Shown piece by piece: positions 21,132 through 35,201 of a DNA stretch of 64,000 nucleotides. The position numbers and the translations under genes were made by a program. The stretch comes from Anthoceros angustus. Lineage: Eukaryota > Plantae > Anthocerotophyta. Each line of letters opens with the position of its first letter. Within the stretch, counting starts at the first letter, position 1. Under the pieces are notes generated by a model that was given only the letters and a program-made list of their open reading frames with translations, ran no database searches and had not been told where the DNA came from. The stretch is taken from contig MU008177.1 of assembly GCA_010909165.1 (NCBI GenBank), forward strand, positions 744,001 to 808,000, given 5' to 3'.

Positions 21132-22299
21132 GCGTTTGATTCTGCATAGAGGCATGAGCTATATTGATTATGTAAACACCTATGGCAAAAGCGGCCTTGT
21201 CGTTGGATTCCTAGAACACGCGCTTTATACGGATGAATCAACTTTCAATACCAAGACGGATCCAAACTCAGTTTTTCAAATGAAGAATTAAGAAGAAAGT
21301 AGAGAGAAAGAACAACTATTTTCTAGAAATAAATAGACAACGTTAAAAGTTTATATTAGGAGTAGATAATATATTAACTTAGTGCAACATTGCATTTATA
21401 GTCGGATGGTCCCAATACGAAGTAGATAGTCTCGAAAATCGGGGAAAAAAACATATAGAATTAGATACTAACTTTACTTAGTGGTATGGTACATTCATAA
21501 TCACATTGTCTCAACGTCAGACTACTTTCTTCTCCAACGCACATAGTATGAACTAACCAATCTGAGAAGCGCTATGCCGCCCACACTGTCAAGATCGCAA
21601 GCTAGTTGACCACATGTGGAGATCGGCAAGCGAATGAGGCCGATGAGTTCTGAGGTCAAGGCCGTGGTTGAATAATTATGTGTTTGGATAATGGAATTAT
21701 GAAAATTAAGTGCATGCATGCTCATCATAATGAATCATAAAGAGATCAACAAGTTTTGATAGACACGGCGACTCGGTGAAAGGCTGGACAAGATCGGCGT
21801 GTTTGGATAAATCTGGGCGATTAAAGTGAAGAAAGACTTGTTATTGGATTATGGGTGAGATTGTCTTTGAATCGATGAATGTGGCACTTTGTAGCAGCCA
21901 TGAGAATTGGCTATGAATTATGTGCCGTCATCCCGCCAACGAACATGAGCGGAATGATTGAGAAAAGTGTGAATACCCTTTAGCCAAAGTTATATTCAAA
22001 CATCTTTATTGCAGTAAAATATTATTTTATTACCCTTTTTTTTCTCCAATGACCCGGGATGATTTTTGTGGAGTCCGATAAATTTGATGCTCCTCGTTGG
22101 ATCATGGTTCACTAGTCACCATTCATCTATCGGTTTAGTTGAGTTCTTAAGCTAACCCGTTCAACCTAGAACTAAGAATGTAAAGGTGGCAAGCAATTTG
22201 TCCATGAACTATGGAACTGACGGATGTCAATTGGGAATCAGTAAGGGTCCTTGGTATCAAGGACCCCGACGAATTTGTGGTTGGATTCCCCAACCAAAA

Positions 22300-22836
22300 C
22301 TAATTGTTGTGGGTGAGGCTGTCTTCAAATTGATAAATGTGCCACTCCAACTCAATAAACCAAAATTTCTCTCCTCTCACGGTATCTTTGAATAACACGT
22401 ATTCCATGTTCTTCTATCAATTCATGAATACTTTCACAACTCCTCATGTCCATCCTTCTTCTTCTCGTGAGGATATCTTGTATCATTTTGATTGTCATTT
22501 TGGGACATCAAACCACTTTGCGATGGAACTCTTTGAACATCGCTTTCCTCTGAGATGTCAACCCACTTTGTGCGTTGTCTTCTTTGAAACATATTTCACG
22601 CCTACATAGTGGACACGTTGGTTGGCTGACTATCCAACCATGGTTCTAAACATCTTCTATGATATGTATGAGCACATACATTGACTAGGATCATGTCTTC
22701 ACGTCTTGGAGAGGATCAAGACAAATTGCACACGTTTTTCATTTTGAAGAACATACATAGATAGATCGTAAAGCAAACATATGTCCATAGTTTCGACAAG
22801 TCTTCTTGCCTCTGGGTCTCTCTCTCAAGCCTCCAT
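22300..22836 (-). CDS. RING-H2 ORF, array copy 3
   Basis: Same motifs, with indels. Confidence 0.75.
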
Positions 22837-24017
22837 CGTGCTCAGTTTGATTCATAGGGAAGGCTGAGCTATATTGATTATGTAAACACCTATGGCAAAA
22901 GCGGCCTTGATCGTTGGATTCCTAGAAATCGCGCTTTATCTGGATGAATCAACTTTCAATACCAAGGACGGATCCAAACTCGAGTTTTTCAAATAGAAGA
23001 ATTACGAAGAAAGTAGAGAGAAAGAACAACTATTTTCTAGAAATAAATAGACAACGTTAAAAGTTATATTAGGAGTAGATAATATATTAACTTAGTGCAA
23101 CATTGCATTTATAGTCGGATGGTCCCAATACGAAGTAGATAGTCTCGAAAATCGAGGGAAAAAAAACATATAGAATTAGATACTAACTTTACTTAGTGGT
23201 ATGGTACATTCATAATCACATTGTCTCAACGTCACCTACTTTCTTCTCCAACGCACATAGTATGAACTAACCAATGGGTTTGGGCGCACGCCGCCACCGT
23301 CAAGATCGCAAGCTAATTCTGACCACATGTGGAGATCGGCAAAGCGAATGAGGCGATGAGTTCTGAGTCAAGGCATGGTTGAATAATTATGTACGTGTTT
23401 GGATAATGGAATTATGAAAAATTAAGTGCATGCATGCTCATCATAATGAATCATAAAGAGATCAACAAGTTTTGATAGACACGGCGACTCGGTGAAGACC
23501 GGACAAGATCGGCGTGTTTGGACAAATCTTAACTGATTAAAGTGAAGAAAGACTTGTTATTGGATTATGGTGAGATTGTCTTTGAATCGAATGTGGCACT
23601 TTAAACGCTCCATGAGAATTGGCTATGAATTATGTGCCATCCTCGGCCAACGAACATGAGCAGAATGATTGAGAAAAGTGTGAATACCCTTTAGCCAAAG
23701 TTATATTCAAACATCTTTATTGCAGTAAAATATTATTTTATTACCCTTTTTTTTTTCTCCAATGACCGGATGATTTTTGTGGAGTCCAAGAATTTGATGC
23801 TCTGTCCGTTGGATCATGGTTCACTAGTCACCATTCATCTATCGGTTTAGTTGAGTTCTTAAGCTAACCCGCTCAACCTAGAACTAAACCGAATGTAAAG
23901 GTGGCAAGCAATTTGTCCGATGAACTATGGAACTGAGCGGATGTCAATTGGGAATCGGTGGCGTGAGTCCTTGTATCAAGGACCCCGACAACTTGTGGTT
24001 GGATTCCCCAACCAAAA

Positions 24018-24552
24018 CTAATTGTTGTGGGTGAGACTGCTTCAAATTGATAAATGTGCCACTCCAACTCAATAAACCAGAAATTTCTCTCCTCTTAAAT
24101 CACGGTATCTTTGAATAACACGTATTCCATGTTCTTCTATCAATTCATGAATACTTTCACAACTCCTCATGTCCATCCTTCTTCTTCTCGTGAGGATATC
24201 TTGTATCATTTGATTGTCATTTTGGGACATCAAACCACTTTGGCGATGGAACTCTTTGAACATCGCTTTCCTCTTGAGATGTCAACCCACTTTGTGCGTT
24301 GTCTTCTTTGAAACATATTTCACGCCTACATAGGACACGTTGGTTGGCGACTATCCAACCATGGTTCTAAACATCTTCTATGATATGTATGAGCACATAC
24401 ATTGACTAGGATCATGTCTTCACCGTGCCGGAGAGGATCAAGACAAATTGCACACGTTTTTCATTTTGAAGAACATACAGATAGATCGTAAGCAAACATA
24501 TGTCCATAGTTTCGACAAGTCTTCTTGCCTGGTCTCTCTCTCAAACCTCCAT
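24018..24552 (-). CDS. RING-H2 ORF, array copy 4
   Basis: Same motifs, with indels. Confidence 0.75.
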
Positions 24553-25738
24553 GCTCAAATTGATTCCCGTGACAGGGAATGTGAGCTATATTGATTATGT
24601 AAACACCTATGGCAAAAGCGGCCTTGATACGTTGGATTCCTAGAAATACGCGCATACGGATGAATCAACTTTCAATACCAAGGACGGATCCAAACTCAGT
24701 TTTTCAAATAGAAGAATTACGAAGAAAGTAGAGAGAAAGAACAACTATTTTCTAGAGGAAATAAATAGACAACGTTAAAAGTTTATATTAGGAGTAGATA
24801 ATATATTAACTTAGTGCAACATTGCATTTATAGTCGATGGTCCCAATACGAAGTAGATAGTCTCAAAATCGAGGGAAAAAACATATAGAATTAGATACTA
24901 ACTTTACTTAGTGGTATGGTACATTCATAATCACATTGTCTCAACGTCACCTACTTTCTTCTCCAACGCACATAGTATGAACTAACCAATCACCGAAAGC
25001 GCTGCCGCCACATCCAAGACTAGCTTAGTTGACCACATGTGGAGATCACAGTCAATGAGACGCGATGAGTTCTGTGAGTCAAGACCGTGGTTGAATAATT
25101 ATGTGTGTTGGATAATGGAATTATGAAAAATTAAGTGCATGCATGCTCATCATAATGAATCATAAAGAGATCAACAAGTTTTGATAGACACGGCGACTCG
25201 GTGAAGGCCGGACAAGATCGGCGTGTTTGGATAAATCTCTGATTAAAGTGAAGAAAGACTTGTTATTGGATTATGGGTGAGATTGTCTTTGAATCGATGA
25301 ATGTGGCACTTTGTAAACGCTCATGAGAATTGGCTATGAATTATGTGCCGTCATCCTCGCCAACTGAACATGAGCGAATGATTGAGAAAAGTGTGAATAC
25401 CCTTTAGCCAAAGTTATATTCAAACATCTTTATTGCAGTAAAATATTATTTTATTACCCTTTTTTTTTTTCTCCAATGACCCGGGATGATTTTGTGGAGT
25501 CCAAGAATTTGATGCTCCTGTCCGTTGGATCATGGTTCACTAGTCACCATTCATCTACGAGTTTAGTTGAGTTCTTAAGCTAACCCGCTTCAACCTAGAA
25601 CTAAATCGAATGTAAAGGTGGCAAGCAATTTGTCCGTGAACTATGGAAGCGAGCGGATGTCAATTGGGAACGGTAGTCCGTAAGGGTCCTTGGTATCAAG
25701 GACCCCGACGAACTTGTGGTTGGATTCCCCAACCAAAA

Positions 25739-26276
25739 CTAATTGTGTGGGTGACCGTCTTCAAATTGATAAATGTGCCACCCAACTCAATAAACCAGAA
25801 ATTTCTCTCCTCTTCGTCACGGTATCTTTGAATAACACGTATTCCATGTTCTTCTATCAATTCATGAATACTTTCACAACTCCTCATGTCCATCCTTCTT
25901 CTTCTCGTGAGGATATCTTGTATCATTTGATTGTCATTTTGGGACATCAAACCACTTGCGATGGAACTCTTTGAACATCGCTTTCCTCTCGAGATGTCAA
26001 CCCACTTTGTGCGTTGTCTTCTTTGAAACATATTTCACGCCTACATAGTGGACACGTTGGTTGGCACAGCTATCCAACCATGGTTCTAAACATCTTCTAT
26101 GATATGTATGAGCACATACATTGACTAGGATCATGTCTTCACCGTCTTTGGAGAGGATCAAGACAAATTACACGTTTTTCATTTTGAAGAACATACATAG
26201 ATAGATCGTAAAGCAAACATATGTCCATAGTTTACGACAAGTCTTCTTGCCTCGGTCTCTCTCTCAATGCCTCCAT
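25739..26276 (-). CDS. RING-H2 ORF, array copy 5
   Basis: Same motifs, with indels. Confidence 0.75.
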
Positions 26277-27432
26277 GCTCAAATGGTGATTCGCATAGGA
26301 AGGCTGAGCTATTGATTATGTAAACACCTATGGCAAAAGCGGCCTTGATACGTTGGATTCCTAGAAATACGCTTTATACGGATGAATCAACTTTCAATAC
26401 CAAGGACGGATCCAAACTCGAGTTTTTTCAAATAGAAGAATTACGAAGAGAGAAAGAACAACTATTTTCTAGAAATAAATGACAACGTTAAAAGTTTATA
26501 TTAGGAGTAGATAATATATTAACTTAGTGCAACATTGCATTTATAGTCGGATGGTCCCAATAGTAGATAGTCTCAAAATCGAGGAAAAAAACATATAGAA
26601 TTAGATACTAACTTTACTTAGTGGTATGGTACATTCATAATCACATTGTCTCAACGTCTTACTTTCTTCTCCAACCACATAGTATGAACTAACCAATCAA
26701 TTTTGAGAAGCCACGCCGCCAACTGTCAAGATCGACAAGCTAATTGACCACATGTGAGATCGGCGTCGAATGAGACGCCGATGAGTTAATTCTGAGTCAA
26801 GACCGTGGTTGAATAATTATGTACGTGTTTGGATAATGGAATTATGAAAAATTAAGTGCATGCATGCTCATCATAATGAATCATAAAGAGATCAACAAGT
26901 TTTGATACACGCGACTCGGTGAATCGGACAAGATCGGCGTGTTTGGAAAATCATTAAAGTGAAGAAAGACTTGTTATTGGATTATGGGTGAGATTGTCTT
27001 TGAATCGATGAATGTGGCATTTTGTAAACGCGCTCATGAGAATTGGCTATGAATTATGTGCCGTCATCCTCGCCAACGAAGACAGAATGATTGAGAAAAG
27101 TGTGAATACCCTTTAGCCAAAGTTATATTCAAACATCTTTATTGCAGTAAAATATTATTTTATTACCCTTTTTTTTTCTCCAATGAGGATGATTTTGTGG
27201 AGTCAAAGATTTGATGCTCCCCGTCCTGGATCATGGTTCACTAGTCACCATTCATCTATCGGTTTAGTTGAGTTCTTAAGCTAACCCGCTCAACCTAGAA
27301 CTAAATCAATGTAAGGTAAAGCAATTTGTCCGATCAACTATGGGCGAGCTGATGTCAATTGGGAATCGGTAGTCGTAAGGGTCCTTGGTATCAAGGACCC
27401 CGACGAACTGTGGTTGGATTCCCCAACCAAAA

Positions 27433-27980
27433 CTAATTGTTGTGGTGGTGTCGCCTTCAAATTGATAAATGTGCCACTCCAACTCAATAAACCGTAAATT
27501 TCTCTCCTCTTAAATCCAGGTATCTTTGAATAACCACGTATTCCATGTTCTTCTATCAATTCATGAATACTTTCCACAACTCCTCATGTCCATCCTTCTT
27601 CTTCTTCTCGTGAGGATATCTTGTATCATTTGATTGTCATTTTGGGACATCAAACCACTTTGCGATGGAACTCTTTGAACACGCTTTCCTCTGAGATGTC
27701 AACCCACTTTGTGCGTTGTCTTCTTTGAAACATATTTCACGCTTTACATAGTGGACACGTTGGTTGGCGACGACTATCAACCATGGTTCTAAACATCTTC
27801 TATGATATGTATGAGCACATACATTGACTAGGATCATGTCTTCACCGTCTTTGGAGAGGATCAAGACAAATTGCACGTTTTTCATTTTGAAGAACATACA
27901 TAGATAGATCTAAAGCAAACATATGTCCATAGTTTCGACAAGTCTTCTTGCCTCCTGGTCTCTCTCTCAACAGCCTCCAT
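27433..27980 (-). CDS. RING-H2 ORF, array copy 6
   Basis: Same motifs, with indels. Confidence 0.75.
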
Positions 27981-29165
27981 GCTCAAATTCCCGCGATAGG
28001 GAAGGCATGAGCTATATTGATTATGTAAACACCTATGGCAAAGCCTTGATACGTTGGATTCCTAGAAATACGCGCTTTATACTGGATGGAATCAACTTTC
28101 AATACCAAGGAGGCGGATCCAAACTCCGAGTTTTTTCAAATAGAAAATTACGAAGAAAGTAGAAAGAACAACTATTTTCTAGAGGAAATAAATAGACAAC
28201 GTTAAAAGTTTATATTAGGAGTAGATAATATATTAACAGTAACATTGCATTTATAGTCGATGGTCCCAATACGAAGTAGATAGTCTCAAAATCGAGGAAA
28301 AAACATATAGAATTAGATACTAACTTTAATGGTATGGTACATTCCTAATCACATTGTCTCAACGCCATGCCTACTTTCTTCTCCAACGCGACATAGTATG
28401 AACCAATTAATCGGTGAGAAGGCCACCGCCGCCACTGTCAAGATCGACTAGCTAGGCGCCATATGGAGATCGCGTCAATGAGATACTGATGAGTTCTGTG
28501 AGTCCAAGACCGTGTTGAATAATTATGTCGTGTTTGGATAATGGAATTATGAAAATTAAGTGCATGCATGCTCATCATAATGAATCATAAAGAGATCAAC
28601 AAGTTTTGATAGACACGCCATTCGGTGAAGACTGACAAGATCGATTTGTTTGGATAAATACTGATTAAAGTGAAGAAAGACTTGTTATTGGATTATGGGT
28701 GAGATTGTCTTTGAATCGATGAATGTGGCACTTTCAGAACGTTACCATTAGAATTGGCTATGAATTATGTGTCAGTCATCCTCGGCCAACGAATATGAGC
28801 AGTAATGATTGAGAAAAGTGTGAATACCTTTAGCCAAAGTTATATTCAAACATCTTTATTGCAGTAAAATATTATTTTATTACCTTTTTTTTTCTCCAAT
28901 GACCGGGATGATTTTGTGGAGTCCAAGAATTTGATGCTCCCCGTCCAGTTGGATCATGGTTCACTAGTCACCATTCATCTATCGTTTAGTTGAGTTCTTA
29001 AGCCAACCCGGCTCAACCTAGAACTAAACCGAATGTAAAGGTGGCAACAATTTGTTGGTCCGACCGAACTATGGAACCGAACGGATGTCAATTCGGGAAC
29101 TGAACCGTAAGGGTCCTTGGTATCAAGGACCCCGACGAACTTAGGGTTGGATTCCCCAACCAAAA

Positions 29166-29693
29166 CTAATTGTGGGTAGACTGCCTTCAAATTGATAAAT
29201 GTGCCACTCCAACTCAATAAACCAGAAATTTCTCTCCCTCTCGTCGGTATCTTTGAATAACACGTATTCCATGTTCTTCTATCAATTCATGAATACTTTC
29301 ACAACTCATGTCCATCCTTCTTCTTCGTGAGGATATCTTCGTATCATTTGATTGTCATTTTGGGACATCAAACCACTTTGCGATGGAACTCTTTGAACAT
29401 CGCTTTCTCTTGAGATGTCAACCCACTTTGTGCGTTGTCTCTTTGAAACATATTTCACGCCTACATAGTGGACACGCTATTGGCGATGCCTATCCAACCA
29501 TGGTTCTAAACATCTTCTATGATATGTATGAGCACACATTGACTAGATCATGTCTTCACCGTGCCGGAGAGGATCAAGACAAATTGCACACGTTTTTCAT
29601 TTTGAAGAACATACATAGATAGATCGAAATAAACATATGTCCATAGTTTCGACAAGTCTTCTTGCCGGTCTCTTCTTCTCTCATGACCTCCAT
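29166..29693 (-). CDS. RING-H2 ORF, array copy 7
   Basis: Same motifs, with indels. Confidence 0.75.
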
Positions 29694-30864
29694 GCTCGAT
29701 TCCGCATAGGAAGCCGTGAGCTATATTGATTATGTAAACACCTATGGCAAAAGCGACCTTAATGAATTGGATCTAGAAATACGCGCTTTATACAGGATGA
29801 ATCAACTTTCAATACCAAGGACGGATCCAAACTCCGAGTTTTTTCAAATAGAAGAATTATGAAGAAAGTAGAGAGAAAGAACAACTATTTTCTAGGAATA
29901 AATAGACAACGTTAAAAGTTTATATTAGAGTAGATAATATATTAACTTAGTGCAACATTGCATTTATAATGGATGGTCCCAATAATGAAGTAGATAGTCT
30001 CAAAATCGAGGGAAAAAACATAGAATTAGATACTAACTTTACTTAGTGGTATGGTACATTCATAATCACATTGTCTCAACGTCACAAATACTTTCTTCTT
30101 CCAACGCACATAGTATGAACTAACCAATCAGTCGAGAAGGCACGCCGCCACTGTCCAAGATCGAAGCTAGTTGATTACATGTGGAGATCGAAGCCGAATG
30201 GAATGAGCTGGCGGTGAGTCCAAGGCTGTGTTGAATAATTATGCGTGTTTGGATAATGGAATTATGAAAATTAAGTGCATGCATGCTCATCATAATGAAT
30301 CATAAAGAGATCAACAGCTGGATAGACACGGCGACTCGGTGAAGACCGGACAAGATCGGCGTGTTTGGATAAATACTTAATCGATTAAAGTGAAGAAAGA
30401 CTTGTTATTGGATTATGGGTGAGATTGTCTGAATCATGAATGTGGCACTTTGTAAACGCGCCGAGAATTGGCTATGAATTATGCGCCATCCTCGCCAACG
30501 AACATGAGTGTAATGATTGAAAAGTGTGAATACCCTTTAGCCAAAGTTATATTCAAACATCTTTATTGCAGTAAAATATTATTTTATTACCTTTTTTTTT
30601 TTTCTCCAATGACCGGATGATTTTTTTGTGGAGTCCAAGAATTTGATGCTCTGTCTGTTGGATCATGGTTCACTAGTCACCATTCATCTATCGCTTTAGT
30701 TGAGTTCTTAAGCCAACCGCTCAACCTAGAACTAAATCAATGTAAAGGTGGCAAGCAATTTGTCCGGATTAACCATGGAACAACGGATGTCAATTGGAAG
30801 TAGTCCGTAAGGGTCCTTGGTATCAAGGACTCGACGAACTTGTGGTTGGATTCCCCAACCAAAA

Positions 30865-31394
30865 CTAATTGTTGTGGGTGACTGCCTCTTCAAATTGATA
30901 AATGTGCCACTCCAACTCAATAAACTAAATTTCTCTCCTCTTCGTCACTTTATCTTTGAATAACACGATTCCATGTTCTTCTATCAATTCATGAATACTT
31001 TCACAACTCCTCATGTCCATCCTTCTTCTTCTCTCGTGAGGATATCTTGTATCATTTGATTGTCATTTTGGGACATCAAACCACTTTATGGAACTCTTGA
31101 ACATCGCTTTCCTCTTGAGATGTCAACCCACTTTGTCGGCGTTGTCTTTGAAACATATTTCACGCCTACATAGTGGACACGTTGGTTGGCGCAGCCTATC
31201 CAACCATGGTTCTAAACATCTTCTATGATATGTATGAGCACACATTGACTAGGATCATGTCTTCACCGTCTTTGGAGAGGATCAAGACAAATTGTACACG
31301 TTTTTTCATTTTGAAGAACATACATAGATAGATCGAAGCAAACATATGTCCATAGTTTCGAAGTCTTCTTGCCTGGTCTCTCTCTGACCTCCAT
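30865..31394 (-). CDS. RING-H2 ORF, array copy 8
   Basis: Same motifs, with indels. Confidence 0.75.
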
Positions 31395-32117
31395 GCTCAA
31401 ATGATTCTGACAGGCGTTGAGCTATATTGATTATGTAAACACTTATGGTAAAAGGCCTTGATACGTTGGATTCCTAGAAATACGTGCTTTATACGGATGA
31501 ATCAACTTTCAATACCAAGGACGGATCCAAACCCGAGTTTTTTCAAATAGAAGAATTACGAAGAAAGTAGAGAGAAAGAACAACTATTTTCTAGAGGAAA
31601 TAAATAGACATAACGTTAAAAGTTTATATTAGGAGTAGATAATATATTAACTTAGTGCAACATTGCATTTATAGTCGTATGGTCCCAACACGAAGTAGAT
31701 ACCTCAAAATCGAGGAAAAAAACATATAGAATTAGATACTAACTTACTTAGTAGATGGCATATCATAATCACATTGTCTCAACGTCAACCTACTTTCTTC
31801 TCCAACGCATATAGTATGAACTAACCAATCACCGAGAAGAAGCTATCGCCGCCACCAAGATCAGCAAGCTAGTTTTTGCCCACATGTGGAGATCCAAGTC
31901 GAATGAGACTGATGAGTTCTGTGAGTCCAAGACTGTGGTTGAATAATTATGTACGTGTTTGGATAATGGAATTATGAAAAATTAAGTGCATGCATGCTCA
32001 TCATAATGAATCATAAAGAGATCAACAAGGTTTGATAGACACGGCGACTCGGTGAAGACTGGACAAGATCGACGTGTTTGGATAAATACGGAACTGATTA
32101 AAGTGAAGAAAGACTTG

Positions 32118-32570
32118 TTGGAGACCTCTTGTGAGCGGATTCCAACACACATCTCAAGGCTGCACTGTTATGGAGTGCAGAGCACCAGCGGCCGTGATAG
32201 TGTCCGCCGCCTCGCACTAGCATTGCACTTCCATATTTGCATTAATGTAGGGTTTTTGGCAGCACGTGGCAGCAAGTTCGGACAGGGACGATGGCGGTGG
32301 CCTTGAAGGCGGTTCCGCACCCCAGACGGATGGGGAAACGAGCTCCGGTGGGTCTGAAAGGGGAAGCAGCGATGGCAATGGGACCGACCAAAGTAGCAGC
32401 TCCGATGTGGAGAGCATGGACAAGGGAACGGGTTGTGAAGATGTATCCGACATGCACTCCCTGGACAATTTGCTTGAAGCGACGTTTCGAGGCGACGGTT
32501 TATACCTCACAAACTGGAGTATACGCTCACCATTCTTTAAGGCCGCAATGGAAATGTGCTTCCTCCCATT
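32118..32570 (+). pseudogene. Diverged duplicate of the CACTA Tnp2 5' region
   Basis: Colinear with ~34030-34450 (ggagacctctt..gagcggattcc..cacacatctcaaggc; gacgatggcggtggccttg; gatggcaatgggaccgacca; gggttgtgaagatgta). Confidence 0.8.
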
Positions 32571-34029
32571 GTACCATGTGTTCTAGTCATCATGTCGTGC
32601 AATAAAAGTCGATGACCTGTCATGTGTGCTTCGCGGAATGGATTGATACGGGTTGGTGTCCATCAATACCGTGGAGCAAATATGACATGTCACCGCCGCC
32701 CACGTCACTTGTGTTTGATGTGTGTCTAAATAGGGCCGGTATGGTCAGAATCGTGATTCACAACCTTTGACCGTTTTTTACGCCGGTGTTGCTCGGACAT
32801 GCCGCAGCTTATCACTTCTACAATTGTCTGCCCTGCAAACTGTCATGGAGCCAAGAGGACATGAAGGCGGTGACTTTTGCAAGCCTCGAAAGTCAAAGCC
32901 GAAAGGGAGGCTGAGGGGGAAGGTGAAGGTAGATGCACACACCACTGCACCAGCCTTCACGGACCCTGCTGATGCGAAGGGTAAGAGGAATGTGGAGGAA
33001 TCACTTGGGCACGTGCTGCCACGCTTGGGCTTGGGAGGCGCACTGCATCTTGGAGCAACTCCCCGTTGGGAAGAAGAGGCCAACCGCATTCCGGAGCTAC
33101 ACTTCATGGGCAGCTACGAGGAGGATTTGCTGCGAAATTTGAGTCGATTGTTTCTCGGATAGAACAACCGCTGTGGGGGGCTTCACATCGAAGCGCCCCT
33201 GTGGGTCAAGCCACATGCCACATGTGCTTGGGCTTGGGATGCGGCGGACGAGGGGGCTTGGGACACCCTGTGCGGCCACTGGGTGCACTGCCCTTTCACT
33301 GCAATGGCGCACGCAACATGGGAGTTGTACAGAGACTTTGAGAGCATGAGCTCTACACTATCCCTTTCTATGGACGAAGTGCAAATCAAGGAGGTGGACT
33401 ACACCAAGGCAGGGGCCGCTTCATCCTGATAATCTTAGATTGCCTTTCAATGCAAGCGGTTCACGTCGATTGCCATTGTCTAACTTTGAAGAAGTTGACC
33501 CGTTTGTTTTAGCACACAACAGGCATTCCCAATTGCAATGACGCAAAGGCTTTGGGTCGAGTCGATCAAGTGCCGCCTAACCGCTATCTCATGCATGTCC
33601 TCCCTTTCAATAGCCGCTGCACCTCTCCGCCTCGACCGGCCTCTACGCGAGGAGAGTGTAGGCCTTGCACATCACTCCAAGGTTCCCTCCACTACCGGTC
33701 GCTCTCACCGCCGGGATGAACTGGCTTTCGCAGAACTATTTAACGCCTCCGCCGACTCACCGACTGCTCACGTAACATTAATGTGCACCTGACTTGCATT
33801 GAGGCACGCCCGCGCGCTGGCCCATGATGCCTGCACCTACATTTAGGCTTTTACAAGTGCTCGTTGTGAATGGGTGATGAATTAACGGTGGGAGACTGCG
33901 GTGGCGGTGGGCGTCGCTCTTCCCCGTGGCTGCCGCCCCGATTCCTACTTTCCGCCGCGACTGAAAGGGGGACACTGCACGATGCCATGATTTGCAAATG
34001 AGGTTTACATGTATTGTCCATGCCGTCAG

Positions 34030-35201
34030 TGTGTGGAGACCTCTTCCGAGCGGATTCCGGCACACATCTCAAGGCTTTTACCTTTGTTTGCGGCGGCGAA
34101 CGTGGCGTGAAGGTCCGCCTTCGCCTTCATCCCATTCACTTTATTTGCATTAATGTCGAGTTTTTGGCAGCGCGTGGCGGGAAGTTCGGTCATGGACGAT
34201 GGCGGTGGCCTTGGGCGTTTCCGCGCAGACGGACGGAAAGCGAGCTCCGGTGGGTACGAAGGGGCGGATGGCAATGGGACCGACCATAGTATGGCGACTC
34301 GATGACAACATAGAGGCGGAGCGGGTTGTGAAGATGTAGACATGCACTCCACAGGGCGACTTGCTAGAAACAGCGGATCATGCCCTCGGCGGACGGAACC
34401 AAGAGAGAACCGCTTGTGGCGACGCCTTTATACCACTTCGGGGAAGGACTAAAAGCGAAAAAGCGCCACACTATTGTTGCTCTCGTGGCAAACCATGTAT
34501 GACATCGGTGTCGCATTAACAGCCCTCTTAAAGCTCTTAAGTGTGGATTTCTTGCCAGTTCCGAACAAGCTACCGAAGGACATGTACGAGGCCAAGTCAC
34601 TGTTGCACCTCTTTGGCCCCAGATATGAGAAAATCCATGCTTGTGAGAAAATTGCGTTACATTGAGGCGTCGGGCGCAACCAATGCCCCAAGTGTGGGAC
34701 GCCGCGGTTCAAGGAAGGGTTTGATGAACGGGACGCAATTCCACGGAAGGTACTCTGGCATTTTCCTTTGAAAGCATGAGGCGGGCGCATGTTTGAATCT
34801 TAGGAAATAGCATAGTTGATGACTTGGTATGTCGGGAGGCAAAGCGAGAATGGCGACATGTCCTTGATGGCGGATACCCGGACAGGAGCACTAGATCTGA
34901 TTGATGATGGCTTGATGAGCGCGGAACTTGAGGTTTGCATTAGCCACAGACGGCTTCAACCCATTTGGCAGTGCGCAAACACATCCATATGGCCGGTTCT
35001 GTTATTTGTGCACAACATGCCACCCTGGGCCAGCACGGACGGCCATGTCATCATGCCTCTAATTGTGCCAGGACCCGGGATGGTTAAAAATTTCGATGTG
35101 TATATGGCACCCCTCGTAGATGAACTTGAAGAGTTATGGATGGGGGTGGACATGGAAGATTTCTCACTGCCGGTAAACCATCCGAAGAGGCAACACGATA
35201 T
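34030..35201 (+). pseudogene. CACTA Tnp2 transposase (Transposase_21), N-terminal half
   Basis: LLKLLSVDFLPVPNKLPKDMYEAKSLLHLFGPRYEKIHAC and SIWPVLLFVHNMPPW...IVPGPGMVKNFDVYMAPLVDELEELW. Confidence 0.9.

Larger units (their letters stand above)
18411..32118. repeat. Tandem array of eight ~1.71-kb units
   Basis: The marker gagattgtct recurs at about 18421, 20152, 21857, 23571, 25280, 26991, 28700 and 30420. The array ends at gtgaagaaagacttgtt near 32118. Confidence 0.97.

Noticed and set aside
18411-32118. rDNA/5S or Helitron tandem array
   Set aside because: No rRNA sequence, and no convincing TC...hairpin-CTRR termini at the unit junctions.
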